Assembly: GCA_947372165.1 (NCBI GenBank)
Contig: CANBSP010000003.1
Location: forward strand, 31,230-95,229
DNA length: 64,000 bases
DNA from: Actinomycetota bacterium
GTDB lineage: Bacteria; Actinomycetota; Actinomycetes; Nanopelagicales; Nanopelagicaceae
Reading direction: 5' to 3'
Shown: piece by piece, positions 49,246-61,834 of the stretch
Position numbering within the stretch: the first letter of the stretch is position 1
Layout: each line of letters opens with the position of its first letter
Notes under the pieces: model-generated
The model's input: only the letters and a program-made list of their open reading frames with translations
What the model was told of the DNA's origin: nothing
Database searches by the model: none
Made by a program: the position numbers and the translations under genes

Positions 49246-50673
49246 GTGAACAACCCAGATGTTGTGATCGTGCTCGCCGCCGGGGAAGGCACCCGGATGA
49301 AATCTGCGATCTCAAAGGTTCTCCACCCCATCGCTGGTCGAACAATTCTGGGTCATGTGATGGAAGCGGTTCGCCCACTTTCGGCGAAAGAGGTAAGGGT
49401 TGTTATTGGCGCTCATAAGGATTCGGTTCAGGCGCATCTAGCAGATATTTCGCCATCAGCGCTCACCGTCTATCAAGCCGAACGCAATGGAACAGGCCAC
49501 GCGGTGCAGTTAGCTCTGGCGGGGGCCACAACAACCGGAACCGTCCTCGTTCTCGCCGGTGATACGCCATTGCTCACCTCGACCACACTTCAAGAATTTA
49601 TCGCAGTACACCATGCCAATGAGAGTTCGGCATCGGTCCTCACTGCCGACCTGCCAGACCCATTTGGTTATGGTCGAATCGTCCGGGACGAAGAAGGTTA
49701 TATCTCTGCGATTGTCGAAGAGCGCGACGCGGATGACGAAGTGAAGGCCATCAGTGAAGTGAACACCGGCGTCTACCTCTTTGATAATGGCGCACTTCGC
49801 GAAGCAGCGGCAAAACTCTCTCACAATAATTCACAAGGCGAGCTCTACCTCACTGATGTCATTGCGCTGATCAAGGGTGCCGGCAAGGTTGCGCTCGCGA
49901 TCCGCTCTAACGATTACACCGAAACTCTCGGTATCAATGATCGCTCGCAATTGGCAGAGTGCACGGCGATCATGCGAGATCGCATAAATGATCAGGTTAT
50001 GAAATCTGGCGTAACGATTATCGATCCCACAACAACCTGGATTGATGCCGATGTCCAGATCGCAAATGATGTTGTGATCTACCCTGGGTCGGTTCTTGCG
50101 GGGAAGACAACTGTGGAAAGTGGCGCAGTTATTGGTCCGCGCACATCACTCACCAATGTGACTGTGGGCGCCAGAGCTCATATCGTCGAGTCGACCTGCA
50201 CTGACTCGGTAATCGGCGCGGAAGCAAATGTCGGCCCATATTCTTATCTGCGACCTGGCACCACACTCGCAGCTCGTGCCAAGGCTGGTGCCTACGTTGA
50301 GATCAAGAATTCAACGATTGGTGAAGGTTCGAAAGTCCCGCACCTCTCCTACGTGGGGGATGCAACGATCGGGCGCGGCACTAATATCGGTGCCGCCACA
50401 ATCTTCGTTAATTACGATGGCGTCGAGAAGCACCAGACGATCGTGGGGGATGAGGTCCGAATCGGAAGCGACACGATGCTGGTAGCCCCAGTCGCCATTG
50501 GCGATGGCGCTTACACTGCCGCTGGATCGATCATTACTGAAGATGTTCCTGCTGGTTCGATTGGTGTTGCGCGCGCAAAGCAGCGCAATGTCCTAGGGTG
50601 GGTACTACGCAAGAGAGCAGGCAGTTCCTCTGCTGAAGCCGCTAAGCGCGCAGGCGCAACCGAAAGGGAGTAA
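49246..50673 (+). CDS. glmU: Bifunctional UDP-N-acetylglucosamine diphosphorylase / glucosamine-1-phosphate N-acetyltransferase
   Basis: LAAGEGTRMKS N-terminal motif and a C-terminal left-handed beta-helix with hexapeptide repeats. GTG start after AGGAGG. Confidence 0.95.
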   Translation: MNNPDVVIVLAAGEGTRMKSAISKVLHPIAGRTILGHVMEAVRPLSAKEVRVVIGAHKDSVQAHLADISPSALTVYQAERNGTGHAVQLALAGATTTGTVLVLAGDTPLLTSTTLQEFIAVHHANESSASVLTADLPDPFGYGRIVRDEEGYISAIVEERDADDEVKAISEVNTGVYLFDNGALREAAAKLSHNNSQGELYLTDVIALIKGAGKVALAIRSNDYTETLGINDRSQLAECTAIMRDRINDQVMKSGVTIIDPTTTWIDADVQIANDVVIYPGSVLAGKTTVESGAVIGPRTSLTNVTVGARAHIVESTCTDSVIGAEANVGPYSYLRPGTTLAARAKAGAYVEIKNSTIGEGSKVPHLSYVGDATIGRGTNIGAATIFVNYDGVEKHQTIVGDEVRIGSDTMLVAPVAIGDGAYTAAGSIITEDVPAGSIGVARAKQRNVLGWVLRKRAGSSSAEAAKRAGATERE

Positions 50674-50675
50674 GA

Positions 50676-51656
50676 ATGAGCGAACTTCGCCTCACCTCTG
50701 AGAAGCGCCTACGGATCTTCGCCGGTCGCGGATATCCAGAGCTCGCTGATGAAGTCGCGCTCGAACTTGGCATCCCTATCACCCCAACATCTGCCTACGA
50801 CTTTGCTAATGGTGAAATCTTTGTTCGCTTTGAAGAGAGCGTCCGCGGATCCGATGCGTTCGTTATTCAATCTCATGCCGCTCCAGTCAATAAGCAGATC
50901 ATGGAACAGCTGATCATGGTCGATGCCCTCAAGCGCGCATCGGCAAAACGCATCACCGTTGTTGCACCCTTCTATGGCTATGCTCGCCAAGATAAGAAGC
51001 ACCGTGGCCGTGAGCCAATCTCTGCTCGACTTATGGCAGATCTCTTTAAGACTGCGGGTGCTGATCGCTTAATGGTCGTCGATCTCCACACTTCACAGAT
51101 CCAAGGCTTCTTCGATGGCCCAGTTGATCATCTCTTTGCACTCCCACTCTTAACCGATTATGTCGGCCGCAAGGTTGACCGAAGTCGCCTCACCATCGTC
51201 TCACCAGATTCAGGTCGAGTACGTGTTGCCGAACGGTGGTCTGATCTTCTCGGTGGATGTCCAATCGCTTTTATTCACAAGATGCGCGATCCAAGAATTC
51301 CGAACGAGTCCACAACCGGCAAGGTTGTCGGTGATGTACGAGGTCAGACATGTATCGTCATCGATGACATGATCGATACCGCCGGAACCATTACAAAGGC
51401 AGTCGATGCACTCTTTGATGAAGGTGCGGCTGAAGTGATCGTTGCAGCCACCCACGCCGTGCTCTCCGGGCCTGCGGTCGAACGCCTGAAGGCGAGCCGA
51501 GTCAGCGAAGTTGTCGTCACAAACACTCTGCCGATCCCAGAAGAGTCCCGCTTTGATCGCCTCACAGTCCTCTCGATCGCCCCACTTTTGGGACGAGCGA
51601 TCAAGGAAGTCTTCGAGGATGGATCAGTTACTAGCCTCTTCGACGGTCACAGCTAG
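50676..51656 (+). CDS. prs: Ribose-phosphate diphosphokinase
   Basis: YARQDKK, DLHTSQIQGFF, VIDDMIDTAGT motifs. Confidence 0.95.
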   Translation: MSELRLTSEKRLRIFAGRGYPELADEVALELGIPITPTSAYDFANGEIFVRFEESVRGSDAFVIQSHAAPVNKQIMEQLIMVDALKRASAKRITVVAPFYGYARQDKKHRGREPISARLMADLFKTAGADRLMVVDLHTSQIQGFFDGPVDHLFALPLLTDYVGRKVDRSRLTIVSPDSGRVRVAERWSDLLGGCPIAFIHKMRDPRIPNESTTGKVVGDVRGQTCIVIDDMIDTAGTITKAVDALFDEGAAEVIVAATHAVLSGPAVERLKASRVSEVVVTNTLPIPEESRFDRLTVLSIAPLLGRAIKEVFEDGSVTSLFDGHS

Positions 51657-51807
51657 ACCTCCTAGACCTTATCCAGGCCGAATTTTGGCTTTGGCGACCC
51701 CCTGAGATACTCTTCAGGCTCGTCACGGCGAGGGATAGTAATTATCCGTAATCGACGGGTTGCTCTCCTGAGGCGTGCATTTCATACGTACTAAAGGAGC
51801 AACTCAC

Positions 51808-52410
51808 GTGGCTGAAATTTCAATCAATGCAAGCAAGCGCACCAACTTCGGTAAGGGTGCATCACGACGCGACCGCGTCGCTGGCCTCGTTCCAGCCGTG
51901 ATCTATGGCCACAATGCAGAGCCACAGCACGTATCACTCCCAGCTCGCGAGCTCGGAATTGCGCTGAAGGCTTCAAACGTTCTTCTTAACGTCTCATTTG
52001 ATGGCAAGAGCGAACTCGTTCTTCCAAAGTCAGTTTCTAAGAATCCATTGACCGGAATCTTCGAGCATGTCGATCTCCTTGTTGTCCGTAAGGGTGAAAA
52101 GGTTAAGGTTGAAGTTCCAGTTCACACCGAAGGTGCATACGACAAGGATGGAATCCTTGAACACGTGAATAACACCATCGAAATCGAAGCTGAAGCAACA
52201 TCAATCCCATCATTCTTGGTCCTTGATCTCACAGGCATGCCTGCTGGAACAAGCAAGACTGCCGGCGATGTAGCTCTTCCTGCCGGAACAACTCTCGTCT
52301 CTGATGCAGCGCTCGTCGTTGTTCACCTCTCAGAGCGTTCAAGCGCTGCTGAGCCTGCTGCAGATGCTGCTCCAGCCGCTCCTGCTGCTGAAGCACCAAA
52401 AGCTGAATAA
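51808..52410 (+). CDS. rplY: 50S ribosomal protein L25 / general stress protein Ctc
   Basis: ORF trimmed to GTG 51808 (AAAGGAG lies 8 nt upstream). RRDRVAGLVPAVIYG motif and an Ala/Pro-rich C-terminal tail. Confidence 0.88.
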   Translation: MAEISINASKRTNFGKGASRRDRVAGLVPAVIYGHNAEPQHVSLPARELGIALKASNVLLNVSFDGKSELVLPKSVSKNPLTGIFEHVDLLVVRKGEKVKVEVPVHTEGAYDKDGILEHVNNTIEIEAEATSIPSFLVLDLTGMPAGTSKTAGDVALPAGTTLVSDAALVVVHLSERSSAAEPAADAAPAAPAAEAPKAE

Positions 52411-52429
52411 TTAAGTAAGTAGCACTTCC

Positions 52430-52993
52430 GTGGCTGATCGCTGGATTATCTTTGGTTTAGGTAATCCGGGCGATCAGTACGCATCTACCCGTCACAATAT
52501 TGGCCATATGGTCGTGGATTATCTGGGTAGCAATTCAAAGTTTTCATCACATAAATCCCGCTGCGAGATCGCAGATATTCGAGTCGCAGGTGTCGCAGTC
52601 ACACTTGCAAAATCAAAGCTCTACATGAATGAATCAGGCGCTCCCTTAAAGGCGCTTGCTGATTTCTATAAGGTCGCGAGCAGCAACATCATTGTCGTAC
52701 ATGATGAATTAGATATCGCTTTCAACACCATCCGCGTAAAGATCGCCGGTGGCGATAACGGCCACAATGGCTTAAAAGATATTACAAAACACTTCTCTGG
52801 GCCCGACTATTATCGGCTTCGCATGGGAGTTGGCCGCCCTCAAGGTCCACAAGATCCCGCTGATTATGTCCTCAAGCCATTCTCGGGGCCCGAGAAGAAG
52901 GAGCTGGGCGATTTCATTGCTCGTGGCGCACTCGCTGCAGAGCGCCTTATTGAAAAGGGTCTAGATTTCACGCAACAAGAATTCAATAAGTAA
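52430..52993 (+). CDS. pth: Peptidyl-tRNA hydrolase
   Basis: GLGNPGDQYASTRHNIG and GGDNGHNGLKD motifs. GTG start. Confidence 0.93.
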   Translation: MADRWIIFGLGNPGDQYASTRHNIGHMVVDYLGSNSKFSSHKSRCEIADIRVAGVAVTLAKSKLYMNESGAPLKALADFYKVASSNIIVVHDELDIAFNTIRVKIAGGDNGHNGLKDITKHFSGPDYYRLRMGVGRPQGPQDPADYVLKPFSGPEKKELGDFIARGALAAERLIEKGLDFTQQEFNK

Positions 52994-53006
52994 GAATTCA
53001 ATAAGT
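52977..53006. repeat. Perfect 15-bp tandem duplication aagaattcaataagt x2 spanning the pth stop codon
   Basis: Read directly. Copy 1 is at 52977-52991 and copy 2 at 52992-53006. Copy 1 and the first two bases of copy 2 encode the last residues E-F-N-K and the TAA stop. Confidence 0.9.
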
Positions 53007-53012
53007 TGGAAA

Positions 53013-55679
53013 TCAACCCGTATTACGTAATCCCGCTGCTACGCCATTGATGGTGAGCAGGAGTGCTCGGGTAATTGTTGGATCAATGTCAGGATTCTCG
53101 CGAACCTGCTCTAATAGATGAATCTGCAAGAGGTGTAGTGGCGCCAAATACTGATCGCGGATTCCGAGCGTGCGAGCAAGACGTGGTTGATCGCCAAGCA
53201 ACTCACTCTTCTTGGTGAGAAGCAAGATCTCAGCTTTCGTCAACGCGAACTCCTCTTTGATGAGATCTAAGAAGTGGCGAAGAGATGGATCGACCAAGGT
53301 ATCGACATAACGCGCAGCGAGATCAAGGTCGGTCTTTGCGAGTGTCATCTCAACATTGGAAATAAAGGTACGGAAAAAGTGCCAGTCATTGAGCATCTGA
53401 GACATGGTCGCTTCGTTGCCAGATTCACGAGCCGCTTTAAGGCCTGAGCCAACACCGAACCAGCCAGGGACGATCTGACGTGACTGCGTCCAGCCAAAGA
53501 CCCATGGAATAGCGCGCAAACTGCCTAATCCACCTGAAGCATCAGGACGTCTAGAAGGTCGCGACCCTAGGAAGAGGTTGCCAAGTTGTTCGACGGGGGT
53601 TGAGGCATAGAAATAAGCAGGAAGATCGGGATGATCGATCAGCGAGCGATATCGATTGAAAGAGTTCTCGCTAATGAGATCCATCGCCTGACTCCACCGT
53701 GCCAGCGCTTCTGGACTTTGGCGAGGTGCACGGTTTAAGACGGTGGCTTCAAGTGCTGCTGCAACAGAGAGCTCGACATTTTCGCGCGCCAGCGCCGGAA
53801 GCGAGTATTTATCAGAGATCACTTCACCTTGTTCGGTCATCTTGATCTGACCATCGATCGACCCCCATGGAAGCGCGATGAGCGCGTCATAGGTTGGTCC
53901 GCCACCGCGGCCAACAGAACCACCGCGGCCGTGGAAGAGGCGCAGTGTGACACCATGCTTGATGGCAATGTCACGAAGTTTGCGTTGGGCTTTGTGGATC
54001 TCCCATTGTGATGTCGCAATACCGGCATCCTTGTTGGAATCTGAATAGCCGAGCATGACCTCTTGGATATCGCCACGTAGGCGAACGAGTTCGCGGTACT
54101 CAGGAGTCGAGAGGAGCGCATCGAGAATTGAATCTGCGGCTCGCAACTCGGCGACAGTTTCAAGTAACGGAGCGAAGCCAACTTTGGCAAACTTATCACC
54201 TGTGAGCGACACCAGTCCAGCGATATCAGCGAGAATGACCGGCGCAAGTACATCCAAGTGACCTTTAGTCATTGAGATGATGTAGGTCTCGATAACTTCT
54301 GGGCCAAAGTTTTCGATCAGCTCTCGAATAGCGATGAAGGTGTCGACAGTTTTACGATCGAGTGGCTCAAGGTTGTCGATAGAAGGACGAGTAGGAGTCT
54401 TTAACTCTGCAGCGATGAGTGCTGCGCGATCTTCGTAGTCAGCACCAAAGAGTTGAGCCATGGCACTGTGATGGGCATCAGAGTGTTCGCGAACATCCAT
54501 GGTTGCGTGGGTAATTCCAAAACTCGCGACCGTGCGGATGATGCGCTCAAGTAAGCCTTTAGCAATGAGTTCACCACGATGAGCCAGAAGTGAGGTACGC
54601 ATAAGCATGAGATCGGCAAGCAACTCCGCCGTATCTTCGTAATCTCGACCAGCAGTGTGTGCCGCGCCAGCTGAGTGGCGTCGTTGAGTCAGGATTAATC
54701 GATGTCTAATAGCTGTTGCTTTAAGGCGATATGGCTCTTCTACATTCTGACGGCGGAATCGCTCTTCAATTTCAGGGAGAATGTCTAAGTCACGGGCGAC
54801 CGAAGCCTTGAGTTCATCGCTAGCCCCAGCAATCCGGCTAGAGACAGAGAGCGCTTGGCGGAGCTGATCGAGTGAGCCCAGCATGGTGCGAATGAAGTGA
54901 CCGGTTTGAAGCACGATCGCATCTTTTGTGACCTGTGGGGTGATGTGCGGATTGCCATCGCGATCTCCGCCAATCCAGGTACCAAAGCTGAGCGGGCGCG
55001 AGGTTGGATCAACGACGACATTGATTCGCTCAAGTTCGCGCGCAAGATCATCTAAAACTTCTGGGACGGTATTAGCAAAGAGATCATCTAAGTAATAAAG
55101 CGCGTTCGTCGCCTCATCAAGTGGTTCTGGCCGTCCAAGTCGCAACTCATCTGTCTGCCATAAGAGATCGACAGTTTCGGCCAATCGACGATCTCGAGTC
55201 TGAGTTGCAGGGGAGTCGAGGAGTTCGGCGATGGTGCCCAATTTGCTGAGGACAGATCGACGCGAGGCTTCAGTTGGATGAGCTGTAAAGACTGGGCGAA
55301 CTGAGAATTCATTGATCCAACTCTGGACATCAGCAAAAGAAAATTCATTGGTGGCGCTCTGAACATCGATGATCCGATCGATGGCGCGAGAGATCCACGA
55401 TCCGCCTTGATTTCGCTCAGCTGCGAGTTCGCGGGCGCGATGCACCTGCTCAGCGACATTTGCTAAATGAAAATATGTACTGAAGGCACGAACGAGGAGA
55501 ATCTCTTCTTCATCGCTGAGATTTTCCAGGGCGGCCGCACCATTTCCCTCGCGGACGGCTTTGCGGACTTGCTCGACTAGACCGAGAAGTTCGGGGCTTT
55601 CTTGGCGGACCAGGCTCTGGCCAAGTAAATCGCCAAGCCGGCGCACATCGGCGCGTAGTTCGAGATCATCAGTTGCCAC
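53013..55679 (-). CDS. ppc: Phosphoenolpyruvate carboxylase
   Basis: VFTAHPTE, GYSDSNKDAG and FHGRGGSVGRGGGP motifs. Canonical C-terminus ...RNTG. GTG start. Confidence 0.95.
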   Translation of the reverse strand: MATDDLELRADVRRLGDLLGQSLVRQESPELLGLVEQVRKAVREGNGAAALENLSDEEEILLVRAFSTYFHLANVAEQVHRARELAAERNQGGSWISRAIDRIIDVQSATNEFSFADVQSWINEFSVRPVFTAHPTEASRRSVLSKLGTIAELLDSPATQTRDRRLAETVDLLWQTDELRLGRPEPLDEATNALYYLDDLFANTVPEVLDDLARELERINVVVDPTSRPLSFGTWIGGDRDGNPHITPQVTKDAIVLQTGHFIRTMLGSLDQLRQALSVSSRIAGASDELKASVARDLDILPEIEERFRRQNVEEPYRLKATAIRHRLILTQRRHSAGAAHTAGRDYEDTAELLADLMLMRTSLLAHRGELIAKGLLERIIRTVASFGITHATMDVREHSDAHHSAMAQLFGADYEDRAALIAAELKTPTRPSIDNLEPLDRKTVDTFIAIRELIENFGPEVIETYIISMTKGHLDVLAPVILADIAGLVSLTGDKFAKVGFAPLLETVAELRAADSILDALLSTPEYRELVRLRGDIQEVMLGYSDSNKDAGIATSQWEIHKAQRKLRDIAIKHGVTLRLFHGRGGSVGRGGGPTYDALIALPWGSIDGQIKMTEQGEVISDKYSLPALARENVELSVAAALEATVLNRAPRQSPEALARWSQAMDLISENSFNRYRSLIDHPDLPAYFYASTPVEQLGNLFLGSRPSRRPDASGGLGSLRAIPWVFGWTQSRQIVPGWFGVGSGLKAARESGNEATMSQMLNDWHFFRTFISNVEMTLAKTDLDLAARYVDTLVDPSLRHFLDLIKEEFALTKAEILLLTKKSELLGDQPRLARTLGIRDQYLAPLHLLQIHLLEQVRENPDIDPTITRALLLTINGVAAGLRNTG

Positions 55680-55797
55680 TGGCTAATCATTACAGGTTTA
55701 ATTGGGTGCTTCACCCCCCTCTCATTCGAGTGCGGGGGTATCAGTGCGTTCACAGGCGTAAATCAGTGGCGATCACGAGAAAGGGCGGGAAGAATTA

Positions 55798-58700
55798 ATG
55801 TCGTTGTTACAAACCTTCTCGCATATTGAACTCTCAACTCCCTCGCCACTCTCCGAATCGCTGGTCTGTATTCCATCGACTCAAGGGCTCTTCGCAGCTA
55901 TCACTGCCGGGCAGAGCCCCGTATTACTTGTCACTCCCTCCTCACGCCGGGCCGAAGAGCTCGCCGAAGAACTTCGAACATATATTGGCGGTGAGAAGGT
56001 CGCCTTCTTCCCGCCGTGGGAGACGCTTCCTCACGAACGGTTGAGTCCTAAGAACGATACCGTCGCTACTCGCTGCAAGACTTTGCATCAGTTGGTCTCC
56101 ACAGATGCACCACGAGTTGTCGTGACATCGATCCGTGGATTAATTCAGCCGATCGTTGCCAATCTCTTAGATCATGTATTGCCAGTCCTGGAGATTGAGA
56201 AGAATATTTCGATGTCTGCCCTCATTGATTCGCTCTCATTCTTGGGTTACACCAGAACGGATCTTGTGGAACGACGAGGTGATTTTGCGGTTCGCGGTGG
56301 CATCATCGATCTCTTCCCACCAGACCTCGAACATCCGGTTCGGGTGGATTTCTTTGGAGATGATGTCGAAGAGCTCGCCTTCTTTACTGTTGCAGATCAA
56401 CGGACCTTTGCACCAGTAATCGGGGAGATCACGATCTATCCTTGCCGCGAGCTTCTACTCAGCGATGATGTTAAAGATCGAGCTCGCTATATCGCAGCAG
56501 AATTCCCACAACTTGCCGAATTCTGTTCAAAGATCGCAGAAGGTATAAGTGTTGATGGGATGGAATCGCTCATTGGCATCCTCAATACCGAGCTCGAATC
56601 TCTCATCCATTTCTTGCCGAAAGATTTCCAGGTTCTCCTGGTGGATCAACCACGTCTTACTTCGCGTTCGATCGACCTCATTGAGACTAATAAAGAGTTC
56701 TTAGATGCTTCCTGGTCTAATGCCGCACTGGGTGGAAAGGCCCCCATCGATATCTCTGGCGGCTTGGAATCGAGCGGTTATTACTCGCTCGATGATCTTC
56801 ATGCGAGGGCAACGAAAGCCGGTCTTGGCTGGCGCTATCTCAATCTCTACGCCTCGGACCTTGACGAAGAATCCTTAGAATTCGAAGCCTTGCCAATTTA
56901 TCGAAACGATCTTCAGGCTGTTGAAAGAGACTTGAAAGAGTGGCTAGCCCAGGGATATTTACTCATCTTCAGTGCAGCAGGGCCGGGAATTGTTGAGCGA
57001 TTCAATAACCTCTTCATTGAGGCAGATCTGCCAACCCGTATTGAGAAATCAGTAGATTCTCAATTAACTCGTGATGTCATCCACCTCATTGCTTCACCGA
57101 TCGAACATGGCTTTATCTCTGACCGTGATAAGACGGTATTGATCACTGAGAAAGATATCTCTGGACAGCGGAGCTCAAATAAGGATCAGGCACGCATGCC
57201 ATCTCGCCGCAAGAAGGCGATTGACCCGATCGAACTTCGACCTGGTGATTACGTTGTTCACGAGCAGCATGGCGTTGGTCGTTATGTCGAACTTGTCCAA
57301 CGAACCGTGGGGAAGAGTTCGAGGGAATATCTCGTTATTGAGTATGCCTCTTCGAAGCGTGGCCAACCGGGCGATCGACTTTACATTCCAACAGATTCAT
57401 TAGAACAAGTGACTCGTTATGTTGGCGGAGAAGCCCCTGCAGTGCATCGAATTGGAAGTGCTGATTGGCAGAATGCAAAGAAGCGGGCACGCAAGGCGGT
57501 CAAACAGATCGCGGCAGAACTGATTCAACTCTATGCCGCTCGCATGGCTGCGCCAGGTTTTGCCTTCTCACCTGATACTCCGTGGCAGCGTGAGTTGGAA
57601 GATGCCTTTGCTTACGTGGAGACGACCGACCAACTTTCAACCATTGAAGAAGTAAAGCGCGACATGGAAGCGTCGCACCCGATGGACCGCATCGTCTGTG
57701 GTGATGTCGGCTACGGGAAGACCGAGATCGCTATTCGAGCTGCATTTAAAGCGGTCCAAGATGGCAAGCAAGTGGCAGTTCTTGTGCCCACGACCCTGCT
57801 CGTACAGCAACATCTCACTACCTTTCTCAATCGATATACCGGCTTCCCGGTGAAGGTCGCTGGCCTCTCTCGATTCAATACTGCAAAAGAGGGTAAAGAG
57901 ATTGTTGCCGGCCTTGCCGATGGCTCGATCGATATTGTGATCGGCACCCACCGGTTGCTCTCCAAAGATGTTCAATTCAGGGATTTGGGCTTGATCATTG
58001 TTGATGAAGAACAACGCTTTGGCGTCGAGCATAAAGAAGAGTTGAAGAAGGCACGGACAAATGTTGACGTCCTATCGATGTCTGCCACGCCAATTCCGCG
58101 TACGCTCGAGATGGCGATTACCGGGATTCGAGAGATGTCGAATATTACGACTCCGCCCGAAGAACGCCATCCAGTACTGACCTATGTTGGTTTCTACGAT
58201 GAGAAACAGGTCGCTGCTGCAATTCGTCGCGAACTTCTACGAGATGGTCAAATCTTCTTTGTTCATAATCGGGTCGAAGATATTGATTTCGTCGTCGAAC
58301 GACTTCGTACATTGGTTCCTGAAGCAAAGATTCGAGTCGCCCACGGCCAGATGGGTGAGCGCGAATTAGAAGATGTCATCCTGGGATTTTGGGAGAAGGA
58401 TTTTGATGTCTTGGTCTCGACAACGATCATTGAAAGTGGAATCGATATTCCCAATGCAAATACTTTGATCGTTGATCGCGCCGATATCTTTGGTCTATCT
58501 CAACTACATCAATTGCGTGGCCGGGTTGGAAGAAGTCGCGAGCGCGCCTATGCCTACTTCTTATATTCGGCCGATAAGCCGCTCACCGAAATCGCTCATG
58601 ATCGCCTTACCACCATTGCGACGAACACGGACCTGGGTTCTGGCATGCAGGTTGCGCTGAAAGATTTAGAGATACGTGGCGCAGGAAATCTCTTGGGTGG

Positions 58701-59265
58701 CGAACAATCGGGGCATATCGCTGAAGTGGGCTTCGACCTCTATATGCGGATGGTCGGTGAAGCGGTCGAGGATTTCAAGACCGGCATTGTGGACTCAGCA
58801 CCACGTCTCAAAGAGTGCAAGGTCGAACTTCCTATTACTGCCCATTTGCCAGTGGAGTACTTGCCATCTGAAAGGTTGCGCCTGGATCTTTATCGCCGGA
58901 TGGCCGATGCCACCTCACCCAAGGATCTTGATGCGATCGTCGAGGAACTCGTTGACCGTTTTGGCGATCTGCCAGAACCCGCGCTCTCATTGATCGAAGT
59001 GGCTAGATTGAGAGTTCGAGCAAAAGATCTGGGATTGGCCGAAGTCGTCCTGCAGGGAAAGTTCTTGAAGTTGGCTCCCGTCACCTTGCCAGAGTCGCTG
59101 CAATTGCGGCTGGCGCGGATGTATCCGGGCTCGCTCATCAAGAGCGCTACACAATCGATCCTGGTTGCGCGTAACGCTGGGCCAAATTGGCAGAGTGATG
59201 GGGATCTAGGGGATACTTCGATCCTGCCGTGGACTATGGAAGTCCTCAACTCAATACTCAAGTGA
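55798..59265 (+). CDS. mfd: Transcription-repair coupling factor
   Basis: 1155 aa. CarD-like region (YVVHEQHGVGRY), helicase motifs GDVGYGKTE and DEEQRFG, and a TRCF C-terminal domain. Confidence 0.95.
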   Translation: MSLLQTFSHIELSTPSPLSESLVCIPSTQGLFAAITAGQSPVLLVTPSSRRAEELAEELRTYIGGEKVAFFPPWETLPHERLSPKNDTVATRCKTLHQLVSTDAPRVVVTSIRGLIQPIVANLLDHVLPVLEIEKNISMSALIDSLSFLGYTRTDLVERRGDFAVRGGIIDLFPPDLEHPVRVDFFGDDVEELAFFTVADQRTFAPVIGEITIYPCRELLLSDDVKDRARYIAAEFPQLAEFCSKIAEGISVDGMESLIGILNTELESLIHFLPKDFQVLLVDQPRLTSRSIDLIETNKEFLDASWSNAALGGKAPIDISGGLESSGYYSLDDLHARATKAGLGWRYLNLYASDLDEESLEFEALPIYRNDLQAVERDLKEWLAQGYLLIFSAAGPGIVERFNNLFIEADLPTRIEKSVDSQLTRDVIHLIASPIEHGFISDRDKTVLITEKDISGQRSSNKDQARMPSRRKKAIDPIELRPGDYVVHEQHGVGRYVELVQRTVGKSSREYLVIEYASSKRGQPGDRLYIPTDSLEQVTRYVGGEAPAVHRIGSADWQNAKKRARKAVKQIAAELIQLYAARMAAPGFAFSPDTPWQRELEDAFAYVETTDQLSTIEEVKRDMEASHPMDRIVCGDVGYGKTEIAIRAAFKAVQDGKQVAVLVPTTLLVQQHLTTFLNRYTGFPVKVAGLSRFNTAKEGKEIVAGLADGSIDIVIGTHRLLSKDVQFRDLGLIIVDEEQRFGVEHKEELKKARTNVDVLSMSATPIPRTLEMAITGIREMSNITTPPEERHPVLTYVGFYDEKQVAAAIRRELLRDGQIFFVHNRVEDIDFVVERLRTLVPEAKIRVAHGQMGERELEDVILGFWEKDFDVLVSTTIIESGIDIPNANTLIVDRADIFGLSQLHQLRGRVGRSRERAYAYFLYSADKPLTEIAHDRLTTIATNTDLGSGMQVALKDLEIRGAGNLLGGEQSGHIAEVGFDLYMRMVGEAVEDFKTGIVDSAPRLKECKVELPITAHLPVEYLPSERLRLDLYRRMADATSPKDLDAIVEELVDRFGDLPEPALSLIEVARLRVRAKDLGLAEVVLQGKFLKLAPVTLPESLQLRLARMYPGSLIKSATQSILVARNAGPNWQSDGDLGDTSILPWTMEVLNSILK

Positions 59266-59885
59266 TGGAGGCCAAAGTGAAGCTTGGCAAGAAAATTATC
59301 GGGCTGGTATCGGTCTCAGCACTTCTTCTTCTGACTGGCTGCACCAACACAAATGCCGCTATAACCGTTGGAAAGAAATCAGTTTCAGTCGCACGAGTTC
59401 AAGAGAGCATCACCAATATTCTCAATGCTCGAAAGGGCGTTGACACCACCGGCATGAGTTTGTTGACTGGATCAGCACTTGCCGCTTCACAAGCACAATT
59501 CTTCCTCATCTCTCAGCTCCTTGAAGATGAAGGAAAATCAATCGGAATTTCAGTTACACCTGCCGAAGCGCTCAAAGAGAAGAACGCAGCAATCAAGCAA
59601 GTTGGTGGAACAGCTGCTCTCCCTAAGGCCCTCATTGGCGCAAATATTGATGCCAAGAATCTCGATCTCTACTTCACAAGCGTTCTCTACTCTCAACGAC
59701 TCATTGCAGCCATTGAGAAGAGCGGTGTGAGTGCAGCAGATTCTTCAACCGCGCTGACAGTCGCAATCACTGAGATGGCCGCGAAAGAGGGCATCACTAT
59801 CAATCCTCGCTTTGGTAAGTGGGATACAAAGACTGCAACCCTCATTCCAGCAGATACGACATCTGGCGCAGTTAAAACGAAGTAA
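59265..59885 (+). CDS. Lipoprotein, SurA N-terminal-domain-like
   Basis: ORF trimmed to ATG 59265 (a GTG at 59277 is also possible). Lipobox LLLTGC. The helical body resembles chaperone-like SurA-N proteins found between mfd and mazG in actinobacteria (recalled, not searched). Confidence 0.6.
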   Translation: MEAKVKLGKKIIGLVSVSALLLLTGCTNTNAAITVGKKSVSVARVQESITNILNARKGVDTTGMSLLTGSALAASQAQFFLISQLLEDEGKSIGISVTPAEALKEKNAAIKQVGGTAALPKALIGANIDAKNLDLYFTSVLYSQRLIAAIEKSGVSAADSSTALTVAITEMAAKEGITINPRFGKWDTKTATLIPADTTSGAVKTK

Positions 59886-59893
59886 ACCAGGCA

Positions 59894-61826
<1,933 letters not shown>

Positions 61827-61834
61827 TTAATACC

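Noticed and set aside
49064-49378. 104-aa minus-strand ORF between ispE and glmU
   Set aside because: It spans the tRNA-Gln gene and the glmU start region, so it is incompatible with both.
51657-51807. 151-nt leader upstream of rplY as a possible ribosomal-protein autoregulatory RNA
   Set aside because: Only short, weak hairpins are present (cctgag-atactc-ttcagg; ggata-gtaat-tatcc), and I know of no defined L25 leader motif to compare with. Without comparative data this is not supportable.
55680-55797. Possible structured RNA or terminator in the ppc/mfd divergent spacer (accccc...15 nt...gggggt)
   Set aside because: It has only a 6-bp stem with a large loop, in a divergent promoter region where a terminator makes no sense. 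No recognisable riboswitch features were seen.
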